This document shows, one piece after another, positions 1 to 11,000 of a DNA stretch of 64,000 nt. The notes beneath the pieces were generated by a model. That model had not been told where the DNA came from, did not search any database, and saw nothing but the letters and a program-made list of their open reading frames with translations. Made by a program: the position numbers and the translations under genes. The stretch spans positions 496,001-560,000 of the forward strand of contig CBFFRQ010000013.1 in NCBI GenBank assembly GCA_965644315.1, read 5' to 3'. The stretch comes from Caecitellus pseudoparvulus. Lineage: Eukaryota; Protista; Bigyra: Bicosoecida. Numbering within the stretch: the stretch's first letter is position 1; every line of letters starts with the position of its first letter.

Positions 1-2
1 CC

Positions 3-371
3 ATGTTGGCAGGCTTGTCCATGGCATGCGGGCTGCCCTTGTCGCTGCCAATGACAAAGGGCGTGCAACTTGATTGGGAGGCCATTCTAACGCCAACACC
101 TGCCTGCTTTACTGCACGAGTGCTCCCCATGGTCTTTCAGTCAGTGTGGCAGGAAGCGAATTGCTCAGGGCAGCTGGGCCATGCAGCCGGCGACGAGCCA
201 GCAAGCAACACGGGCGATTCAACCTCCGTGCGACCGGAAGAATTGCCTTGTGTGCCAGAGTGCTTTCCTTGTCTGCGTAGCATTGTGGCTGCAATGGGGC
301 ACGCCCCAGATGTGCACCCTTGTGGGCTGGGGGAGATCACTTCAGCACCGCCTGCAGGAAGTGATTCATGA
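3..371 (+). CDS. Possible 3' end of an unknown gene entering from the left edge (alternatively a frame-2 reading that stops at 73)
   Basis: Frame 3 is open from the window edge to TGA at 369-371. No recognisable motif. It would overlap the convergent oxidase stop by 35 nt. Confidence 0.25.
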   Translation: MLAGLSMACGLPLSLPMTKGVQLDWEAILTPTPACFTARVLPMVFQSVWQEANCSGQLGHAAGDEPASNTGDSTSVRPEELPCVPECFPCLRSIVAAMGHAPDVHPCGLGEITSAPPAGSDS

Positions 372-1956
372 ATGTGCCGTGGGGGTCCAGCTCACTCCGA
401 AGTTGCTGCCAAGCCTTCATCCGCGGATACATCGCCTGCATAGCTTCCGGCGGCGCCTGAAAGCGCTTGGCCCAATGTGGCCTCCCCCCGAGCTTCAAGC
501 AGATGTCTTCGAAGGCGTTAAAGTATCGGCTCAGCTCAGCTTCTGATGCATGGCCAAGGCCGATGGTTATGTGGCATGTGCTGTCACACAGCAGTGCTCT
601 GGACGGCCCTCCAGCGAGCTTTGCCTCAGGGGAGCAAAGGCGCTTTTCACGCTCTGAAAGCAAGTGCTTGTGCTCATCAAAAGTGGGGCCGGCAAGTGAG
701 GGGTCGTGTGCTGGGTGGTACGCCATGCTGAGCCAATCCCCGTCTCGGGCGACAAAGCGAACCTCATGAACGAATTCACTGTACAGCTCAGCCCGTGCCA
801 TCCACTCACGAAGCTGTTGCAGGGCATCAGAGCAAGCCACCCCAGGAACTGCGTACTCCATTTCAGTGTGCGGTGGAATGCGGAAGGGGATGATTTGGAC
901 CCGGTCTGAGCGGGCCACTCGCGTCTTCGGCAATTCGAACAAGATCTCCTTCAGGAAGAGGTTGCTCCAGCGGCGAGCTGACGGGGCAAGCGATGTGAGC
1001 AGTGTAATGGACTCAACCACGTAAGAAAATGCAGTTGACACTGCATCTGGGATGGTGCTGAAGTCTTGGGTTAGGTCACGAGACCTGCCAGCTGCCTGAA
1101 CTGGAGGCAAGAGTTTCACACCTGCGGGTGTTGGGTCAAAGCCGCTCCCGTCACCTGCAACTCTCACTTGACTCATGACTACAGTTGATTCCGTGTGAGG
1201 TAGCATCCAGGCTTTAGAGGAATGACCTGAATCCACGATGAACTCCGATATGTTGCTGAGAAAGCTGCTGCTGGGCACTGTAAACTCGTGCACCATGGTG
1301 CGTGACACAGGAACCGTCTGAAGAGAAACACTGACAATGACGCCAAGTGCACCCAATCCAACCCTGACCGCAGGCAGTAGCTCAGGCTGCTCCTCGGCCG
1401 AGAAGGAACGGAGCTGGCCACGGCCATCCACAAGCTGCAGCCTCACCACTGCGCTGGACACAGAACGGTGCGTAGCTCCTGAGCCGTGGGTAGCGGTGGA
1501 AATCGCCCCTGCAATCGACTGTTCATTGACGCTAGGGACATTGTGCAAAGCCCTGCCTTTCTTTGCTAGCTCTTCATACAGCTCTGCGAGGCGCATGCCT
1601 CCCTGCACTGTTACCACTTCGCCGTTTGAGTCCCAGCCATCGATCTTGCAAAGGCAATCAAGTGAAAGCACGACAGATCCAGGCACAGGCGCCGCGATGG
1701 TGCTCCACGAATGCCCCGCTCCAATCACTTTCACCTTGGATCCTTGTTCAGAAGCCTCTCGGACGAGCCACTGGACCTCCCCAACGGTGCAGGGTCGTTG
1801 CACTGTATGGTTGGAGGAGGCCAGCTGCACCTTGCCATCCCAGTTCCAAGATGGGGCAGGGATGCGCCGCGTCATCGGAAAATGGACATGATTCACCTGA
1901 TGAAATACCCCGACGGCGATGGCCAGGAGCGCCACGCTCACGGCGCAGCTACGCAT
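337..1956 (-). CDS. FAD-linked aldonolactone oxidase (L-gulonolactone oxidase / D-arabinono-1,4-lactone oxidase family), with N-terminal hydrophobic segment
   Basis: Single 539 aa ORF. FAD_binding_4 motifs: NWDG, KVIGAGHSW with the covalent-FAD His, VTVQGGMRL, EQSIAGAISTATHGSG, VGLGALGVI. ALO C-terminal motifs: EMEYAVP, EVRF, GGRPHWAK, LDPHGTFMN. Confidence 0.92.
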   Translation of the reverse strand: MRSCAVSVALLAIAVGVFHQVNHVHFPMTRRIPAPSWNWDGKVQLASSNHTVQRPCTVGEVQWLVREASEQGSKVKVIGAGHSWSTIAAPVPGSVVLSLDCLCKIDGWDSNGEVVTVQGGMRLAELYEELAKKGRALHNVPSVNEQSIAGAISTATHGSGATHRSVSSAVVRLQLVDGRGQLRSFSAEEQPELLPAVRVGLGALGVIVSVSLQTVPVSRTMVHEFTVPSSSFLSNISEFIVDSGHSSKAWMLPHTESTVVMSQVRVAGDGSGFDPTPAGVKLLPPVQAAGRSRDLTQDFSTIPDAVSTAFSYVVESITLLTSLAPSARRWSNLFLKEILFELPKTRVARSDRVQIIPFRIPPHTEMEYAVPGVACSDALQQLREWMARAELYSEFVHEVRFVARDGDWLSMAYHPAHDPSLAGPTFDEHKHLLSEREKRLCSPEAKLAGGPSRALLCDSTCHITIGLGHASEAELSRYFNAFEDICLKLGGRPHWAKRFQAPPEAMQAMYPRMKAWQQLRSELDPHGTFMNHFLQAVLK

Positions 1957-2080
1957 GGCGGGCAGCGGAAATTGGCGTGGCTACCAACACGCCAAGGCGA
2001 GGTTACCTGAGGCCTCGGCTGGAGATTGTTCTTTGCCCACTGAGCCCAGACCGCTCGCAGGAAATGATTGTATTGCTGGG

Positions 2081-5000
2081 TCACAAAATGTCCGGCAGTG
2101 CATAGCAGGCGATTTGGCCGTCCCGCATGCCACAAAACAGAGCTCGCCCGCAAGCGGAGAGCGAAGCGGAGACGATGGGCGACACGCTGGAAGCCTGCAC
2201 GTCCACCTCTCTCGTGAAGCAGTCCGAGACAGACCAAATGCAAATACTCCGCTCAGTCACAAAAAGCACGTGTGCCTTGGACCTCGGGCGAGGAAGGGCA
2301 ATGGCTGCGACGATGGGCTGCTTGCCGACGTGTGCTGCGGCAAGGTCCCCATTCAGACCAAGCGCCACTGCCCGCCGCCCATGCACTACGACAGCTACCC
2401 CCGTCGAGAGCACGGCAATTGATCTCGGCAGTTGCTCCTCTGTGTCGTGCAGTGCGAGGTGGAACCTCCAGCGCACGCGCCCGGTGCGGCAGTCGTGGCA
2501 CAAGATGAGCCCATCCGCGCCGGCTGACAGCGCTGCATGTATGCTTGCAGACAGGCACGCAGCCACGACGGGGCTGGCATGGCCCGCAAGCACGGCTGTG
2601 GGAGCCACTGCGTGAGCAAGTCTGCGCTTCTTTCCAAGTGTGGCGGGCCCCGGTCCCAGAGCAGCGGGCGCCGCCGCACGCTGAGCGGCGGCGCCCACCT
2701 CTGCCATGCTCGGCACGATGTTTCCACGCACTGTGGCTGAGAAAGACGTGTCAGGAAGCGCACCAGCCCCTATAAAGGCGTCGGTGTTGACTACTGCAGC
2801 TTTGGTCTGGTGCTCGTGGGTTGGCAGCCCGACACTCGGTATGCTCCCGAGGATTGGGGGAGTCCACTGTGCGGCAGGCGGGAGCCCTACGCCGGCGCGC
2901 TGGGGCTCCAGACTGCTCTGTGGCCCCTCCACAGCCGAAGCGCTGCTTCGCACGAGATGGCGCGTCGGAGTCTCCGCTTGTAGCACATTCGGGGGCGTAT
3001 TGCGAAGCGAGGCGAGGAAGTGAGCCAGCTGCCCGGCAACATCAGTGGCCGTCGGGACAACTCCAAGGCGTGGAGGCTTTACTGGAGACGTTTGCAGCGC
3101 GGTGCCCCCAGCAGATGGCATGGTTGCTCCAAGACTCGCCGGAGAAACGCTCGTGCTACCGCCCAATGGTTCCAACAGGTGCTGCAGCCACCTACGGTCA
3201 CGCGGGCTCGCGCCCTCTACTGCTGAAATGCACGGCAAGATGTTGTGCCAGGCGAGCGCCCCCATGAGCAGTCCTTGGACTAGCACTGGCAGGTCCACAA
3301 AGTCAGTGCCGATGTCCAACAATGGCATGACTGTCGGTGTTACCAGCTCTGCCAGTGCGCCAACTTGCCCCCTTCGAACTTGCTGGGGTGACGTGCCAGC
3401 GAGCAGAATTGGCGGGTGGGAGTCTGAAGCCTCAACGTCACTGGCCATGCTGGCTCCTAGTGAGAGGGCAGTGCAGTCCCCCGCCAGCGCTGCGGTGCTC
3501 GCGCTCCAGAACATGCCCGCTTCACTTACTTGATGCCCTGCCTGGGCCTGGGGCTGCAGCTCAGCGAGAGCTTGCCCAACCCCCTCAGTGCCGAACGTAT
3601 GTAATGCCGCAGCAAGAGTACCGTGTCCATCGTCCATACCCCCTGCAGCAACTGACACACGCCAGAGTGCCATGCCCCCGCTACTGTCAGCAGTCAGGAC
3701 CAGGCAGCCGTCTTCCGAATGTGTGACGACAGTGACCGGGGCTTCATGCCACGTGAGCCGGTGGTGGACCACTACTGACTCCAAGAACCCGTGGGGCTGT
3801 CCTGCACCACTGGCGTGAGGTACTAGGCGGCACACCTCAACGTCACAGAGCGGGGCAGTGCCTCTCAGCAACACGCGGGCAGAAGGCAGCGCGCACACGG
3901 CGGAGGCAAGGGGGGAAACCGGGGCAGCTCCGCGAAATCCAAGCCCGTGCCTGCGCGCAAGAGCAACGCTCGGTCCACCGACAAACACCGCCAAGGTTGC
4001 GCTTGTACCAAGGCCAGATGCACTGGCTTGCACCATGTGGCGAGGGAGGGCTGTTGTGACGGAGCAGTCTTCCCACCCGGCGCCGGACAGGGCACAGGTG
4101 GACGTGTGAAGCGCGTACATGCTTGCCAGTCCTGGCAGAGCGTTCGGTGATTCACGCGACTGGCGATGTGCAGGTGCTTCCCGAAACGTGAACACGTCCC
4201 CGGTGGATGCGTCAGCAGCAGGCCTGAACACGTGCACGGCTGCTTCTCCGTTTGCAGCGATGCTTAGCAGCGCATCGTGTGCTGGGAGGGGGGCTAGGAA
4301 CACAATGGGGGGCGAATCAGGGACTCCGCGGATTTTCACGCGCACCGGAGTCGTTCGAAGCATGGTGAGGGAGCTGGAGATAGCTGCAGTCGCGGAAAAG
4401 TGCACAGCATCTTCAGCAGACAAGCGCTTTGGGTGGGCATCACCAAAAAGAGTGGGGGGTGTCTGCCCGAAGTTGAGAATGGTCATCTCCAGTCCCAGCC
4501 GCTGCACTGCATCGAGGGCGGTCAAGTCCACCCCCAGCCCGCCTTCGTATGTGGAATGCTTGAAGAGGTTGTCAGCCAGAGCAGCCTGCTCCCCTCGCTG
4601 CTTCACACCAAAAATCAGGTCAATCCACTCATGCAGGTGTGCAGAAACTTCGTCGCTCTCCAGGGCCGCCCTGTGCGTGGCGATGAAGTGAGCGGGGGAA
4701 TCCGCCCAAGGTGGCAACGCAACATGGTCCACCACCTCACCACTCTGAGTGGTTCCCAAGTTCAAGCGGCCAGAGTTGCGCAGGAAGCCGCCGTCGAGCT
4801 GGGTATACCACTCAGGTGTTAGTTCTTTGATGTCCATGTCATCCTGCAGCACGCTTTCCCACACAGCGGGCACCGATTTGAACAGCCGCTCAGCGTGGTC
4901 GAAGCGCCCTGCCTGCAGTGCGAGGGCGGCAGTTGTGAAAGGCTCTTGGCGAATAAAAAAGAAAACAGGAACAACTGCGTTGGAATAGTGCCCCCTATGA

Positions 5001-8000
5001 AGGTTTGCATAAGGGGCAGGGCCCATGACGTCGGGGGAGTCTGCCACCTCTCGGCTCTTCCTTGCGCCGGCCAGCAGCGACCGGAGCGCAGCCAGGGACA
5101 AGCCCCCCCTTGCCGGCTCCATGTCCTTCAAGTGAGGAATGGGGGGAGTATCCTCGTACGTCACCTCCATATCAGCCCGCAAGCGCTGCAGTCGGGCAGG
5201 GTTCAAGGCGCCCACCGGCTTGCTCAAGTCACGCCACACAGTTCCAGGCCGCGCACCAGGCAGGTCTGGGCTGCCATCCGGGAGGCGCCCACCATCCTCC
5301 AGGTTCAGAGACTCCGAGGAGAAATCTGCCAACACCCAAGGCATGATTGGGTACTGACTCCAGTCAGTGGTGCTCCTTCCCGCCACGCTATTGAGTAGCA
5401 GCAAGTAGTCAAGGTTGCTCAGTAGCCGACACCTCCACGCCTGCGTTGCTGGCAGCAGCTTCGCGAGGGCTTCCGGCTGAGTGTCTGACATCACAGCAAG
5501 GGGAGACATTTGCTTGGTCTCGTCGTGGCGACCATGTTGGAGAGGTAAGGGTGCACGTGAACCGTCGCCAGGCACTCCTCCATCGTACGGGTCAAACTTG
5601 AAGGATGCTGCCGAGGCCCTGGACTTGCCAGCACTCGGCAGCAAGGTGGCAACAGGCTCCAAGATGCCTTTTGAGGGAGGGAGTGGCATTGGATACCCAC
5701 TGCCATGGGACGACCCATGGCCTGGCTGCAGCTGTGCGAGGCCCCCCGGAGAAAAGGTGACGACACTTCCTGCAGGAAGCACTGCTCCAGAGCCTGTGAC
5801 TGCGACCCCTGCAGACGACAAAACTGCTGGGTCCACACGAGCAGCAGGGAACATACCAGCTGCCAGCGCCCCTGAGTGTGGACTTTGGTACAGAACCGGG
5901 GCGAACTGGGCGTTGGCAGCTTGCAACTGTCTCAACTTAGCATGCAACTCTCTGGCTGCTGCTTCTGATCGTAGGACCAGAAACAATGCAGGAAGGTGTA
6001 CTCCAATGTCTGCTGGTTGCCCAGCAAATGCGACGTGGGAGTGAGACCACGGTGCAGAAGTTGATGCTGTGTGCTGGCTGTGCCGGGCGGTCGCGACGTG
6101 GGGGAGGAAACCTGCAAAGGCTTCTGTACACCAGCCCCCATGTACGCCCGGTGCCTCATTCGCCAGCACTGATGCGCACATTCCTGAAGCTGCTGGTGGA
6201 GTGCTAGCCACCGACGGCATGCTGCCGGAAGCAGCCCGCGAGAACACAATCTCCAGTGCTGTTCTTCGCAGCAAGAACCGCCTGGAGAAGATGGCTTGAA
6301 CTGCTTGGATAGGCCAGGCATGGGGCTTCATCAGCAAGTTGCGAAGCAAGTCGACATCTTCACTGATGCGAGTGGTGGAGGGGGTTGATGGGGAACATCC
6401 TCCACCACGGGCAGCACCCGCCGCAGCCTCATCCCCAACTGCAGTCTCTCTTGCAAAGGAGGACTGCGTGGCTCTGGACATCCTGCCTTGCATCTCGGCA
6501 GCAACACACGAGTCACAAACACGCACAGGAAGCAGGTGCCCATGGGAAGGGAGGGCCAGTCGCTGAGTGGAGCAGCTATTGCATACGACGCTTCCGCAAC
6601 ACCGACAGTGGTGCTTCCCTGTGGACACCAGGGTACCGACGAATTCCTCCTCACAGATGCTGCAGTGGTGGTGGTCGTCATTGGGTTTCCAGGCTACTTT
6701 TGTGATGGCCTCGTGCGAGAATGCCTCTTCAACGTCTGTGCGACCCACCACACTGCCATCTGACCTGATGAGGTTCTCTGGGCGCAGCGTTAGCCCTGCC
6801 GCTGACAGCTCAAGTGTGCCCTCAACCCTTGCCATGGTGGTCACCCAATGACACCGGACGGAATACAGCACTTCAGGCATGCCAATGGTGCCAACACCAG
6901 TTGTTCTTAAGTCAAGCAAGGTAGGCCAAAAGGTACCTGCTTCACCACCGCCATTGGTGGTGGGAGCTGACACGACCCATCCGAACGTTGGGTGGGTCTC
7001 CCGTGCGCCGCCACTTACAGAGCATACAGGTGCCCCCTGCTGCAGGCATCCAGGTATGGTCGGGTGTGCAGCTGGTGTCCAGAAAGGGGTGTCACAGGCC
7101 CACAGAAGTAGCTGAACAGTTGCCTTCAGTCCACGCTGTCGAGCAGCACGTGTCGCCACCGCCTCAGCGCGGTACTGGCGTGCACGCTGCTCATCACTGG
7201 GCAGAAGCAAGAATGGCAGCATGCCGTACGTCACCAGCGTCTCCTTCGCGGCTGACTCATAGGATGCATCTGCTCGAAGCCTTTCCAAGCGCCCACTGTG
7301 AAAGGCGTCGCTGCGAACAAGGCACGCGGCACACTGGACAAGCGACGCTGCCAAGGCTGACTCTGTGGGTTGGGCATGTGCCAGAGAGGCCAGCTGCACG
7401 CGCAGTTCCGAAGCAGCGCCAGTCACGTCACATGGCTCATGCTCTTTTGGCTCGACGTTGAGTGTCAATGAGTCGGGTTGCAGTTGCCTAAGGAGCTCGC
7501 TGAAGTTGGGAGGAATCGACTCTGACTCCAAAAGGTGCAGTGCGGCACGCAGCGCAGACAAACGCACCAGCCAGAAAGACAGCAAGTAGTTGTCCGCCGC
7601 TTCAGGGAAAGCGCCGTCCAACGCTGCAGCCATTACATCAGCAGACACCAAACTATAGGGTGTAGAAGTGGCTGCTGACTCAGGAGTCTCACTTTCAGCC
7701 TGCACTGGTGCGGACCGACAGAAAGTCAAGCAACGAACAAGATCTCTTACGCGGTCTGCAAGGCAGCTTGGACCAGCAAACGCCCTTCCTTGGATAGCTT
7801 CGGAAGAAAAATGCGCTGCCAGTGCAACGAGCGGAAGCCGCAGCCCTGCTTGGACTGCAGCGGGCTCCAGCCTGTCAGATCCAGGCCTGCATCGCTTGCC
7901 TGGCATGCTGCGACTCCGGGATCGCGATGAAGGTGGCTTGGAGCTTGATAGCGAAGCGGCGGCAGGGGTAGAGGGTTGCGCAGCGCCGTACCGCAGCACT

Positions 8001-11000
8001 GCTCCACGGTGAGGCAAGCGATGTGAACCATGCCTCATATGCTCGCTTGCCGGCAAGCTGGCTGAGCTGGATGGAGACGGCTCACTGCCTGCAGCGCTGT
8101 CGCTTGAAGCGGACCGATCCGTGATCAGCCAAGCTCTTATCGTGGGGAGAGCGTCAGCATCGTCATGTGGGAGACCTATCTCCACAGCGCTCTGCACGTT
8201 GCTGAGCAGTCGTGAGAGCGCCATTGCTGCCGCTGCGTGCACTTCACGCCGGCCTTGCTCAAGCGAGACCAGCCCAGAAATTCTCAGCGTGGCGCACCCT
8301 GGTGCTGTTTCTGGGGGGCAGCTGTCGAGGCCATGGCTCGCCAGAGCAACGAGGCGCAGCGTCGTGGACCAGGCTGCATCGCGCGGGGCAACTGGTGCGT
8401 GGGAGGGCAAGCAAGCAGCCGTGAATACGTGTCTGAGACTGAACTGGAGTATGTCTTGCCAAATGCCCAAGCGGGAAGATGCGCTGTGGCGCCAGAGCTG
8501 CCTGCAGCCCCCCATCCGCTTTGCTAATGTGCCCGTCACCTGTGTCAGCAAGGATGAGATGGAGTCTGCGTCATAAGCCTCTGAAGCTTGGTCTTTGTTC
8601 GCGGGCCACAACATTGCATGAAGCTGGGCAAACCCACGGGGGGGGACACCATCCTGCTGGGCCCCAAGCGCATCAGTCAGTCCGAGTGCAGCCGTGAGCT
8701 GCGTTGCCAGCCCGAATGCCAACGTTCCCCACAACTCCGGCCATTTCGTGACGGCTGCGTCCTGCACCGCAGCATGCAGCTGCAACGACATACCCGGCGA
8801 GCGGAGAAGGTCCAACAGTAACTGGCCCACTTTCCAAGTCGCGAAGAAGCGGAGGCCAGCTAGGTTGACGGGGGTTGAGGGGTGCTCACTGGCTCCGGCT
8901 CGAGCGGCGTCGTGCTCAAATGGCAGGTCACGCAGGGAGGCAGCAGAAGAGATGGACACCACCTTGACGTCCTGTTCGGTATCGGGGTCCAGAAGGCGCT
9001 GCTTCAAGATATCAATGGTCTGGTTTAGGGTTGACAGTGAGTCTTGGACCCACGCCGGGCAGTCTCCTGCCGAGCATGCCTGGAGGAAGCCGGCGTGGCC
9101 CTGCAGCTCCTGCCCTGCTCGGGCGTCTTGGACTTGAGCAGCCGCCTGCGTCGTGAAGCAGATTTCTGCCAGGAGCAAGGGCCAGCGAGCATGCTGCATC
9201 ATGCGTGCGCGATTGCTGCGACATATCAAGCCCATGGAAATGAGCGGAGCTCCGTCCAGTGCATCATGGCCGTCTCCACACAGGAGTGCGAACCAGTCGC
9301 GAAGGCCAGCAAGCTGGACCCACAACGGTGCGCGACACAAGATCTGAAGGCAAACAGGAATCAACGCTGGGTGCCGGATCGGCTGGCTGGCAAGCACTGC
9401 TGGCAGTGAGCAAGGCGGGCTGTCAGTGCTGGACGCTGCAGCCTCGAAGCTTGGCTGCACGACGTGTGAAAAGTCCAGCCCAAGCAGCAGCGCCATGCAA
9501 CACCTGTACACACTGAAGGTGATGGGGGCTTCCGTAAGTGCGTTTTCCAGCATGCTAGCATGCCCTGCCACGTAGTGCATCTGCACTTCTGCCGCCGCAT
9601 CGGGCAAGTGACTCTGCCAGAACCCGTACCGTGCAAGCACACGCAAGGCCAGCACAATGACAGGAAGTTCCTTCGCAGTCTGCAAGGCGGCCCAGATCGC
9701 AGCACAATGTCCAGAGCGCTGCAGGAACTCCAGCAGCCGAGCATCCACTGTGTTGGCGGCAGGGGCCAGCGACAGCAGCTGACTCGCTTCACGCAGCCGC
9801 GCTGGCAAGCGTGTGCTTTCTGCATGCTCCAAAAAACTCCATGGCGCTTCGGCGTCTCCCTCCGAACGTGCGCTCACCCCCGCCTGCAACAAAGGCACCG
9901 CCGACAATGGTGCAGGCAGCAAGCCCAATACCGCTTGCAGCATCAACCCCCGCTGACCTTCAGAGCGATGAGGTTCCCAGCAAGCAGTCAGCATGCAACC
10001 AAGGGTCGTACCAAGGGCCGCTGGGGGCAACGGCACTCCTTGCTGCGAAAGGCACGCCACGAGCTGTGTGCGGAAGAAGGCATCTGTGAGGTCCCCCTCA
10101 CAATGAAGTGGTGGGCATGTCGCGAAAGGCATGGGCTCCCGCTGCAGCGCATGGCCCCATCCACCAAGATGCAGTAAAACCAGGCAACGGGCACACGCAA
10201 ACATGCAGGCATGAGTGAAGGCATCAGCTTTAACGTCATCAGACATACCCCCTCCGGTGACGACGAGGAAGTGGTTCAGAGGGACACTGGCAGCGACGCT
10301 GGGTCCATTCAGCATCGTGTGCAGGAGCATTGTGAGCGAGGCATGCCTTCGAGCCGCAGTGCTCGCCGCGCGCCCCCACACGTCCCAAGCAAAGAGCAGT
10401 TCAACTTGAGCAGCAGCCGCAACTGCAGGGCCAAAAGGCAGCTTCCCCCTGACAAGCAAGCGTGCTTGTGGTAAATGCCTAGCAGCTGCTGCTGCAACTT
10501 TCTGCAGAAGAGACGCCAGCTGCGGCGAGCCTGGCTCCGGCGCATTGAAGCCAGTGCACACAGTGCCTGCCAAAGACGAGACAAGGAGGGACACGTGCTC
10601 AAGCAAGCGCACCGTCAAGTGGCTCGGGGGCAGCTGCTTCAAGAGGCAGGCAAGAGCAGCGATGCCACCACGGTGGAGGAACAGGCGGCACTGCTCGATG
10701 CTGGCACTGCATGCGGCAGCGATGCACCCAACGGCGCTTGCAGTCAATAGTGGACTGTGGCAAGCTGCGTCCACCAGCGAGGGTAACACGGGGGCGGTTT
10801 TGGGACTGCCGGCTTGTGCAGCAGCAGCGAGTATCGGGAAGAATAGCGCCGGCCCCCCAGCCCTGCGAAGGGCGTGCAGCACAGAGCCACGCCGCAACAA
10901 CACGCTGCCGCCTGCGCCACTACACCCCAGACCAAACTCCGGAGACATGCCTCGAGTGAGCGCAGTCCGCAGTGCTGCATCTGCATCCAACGGACTGCTG

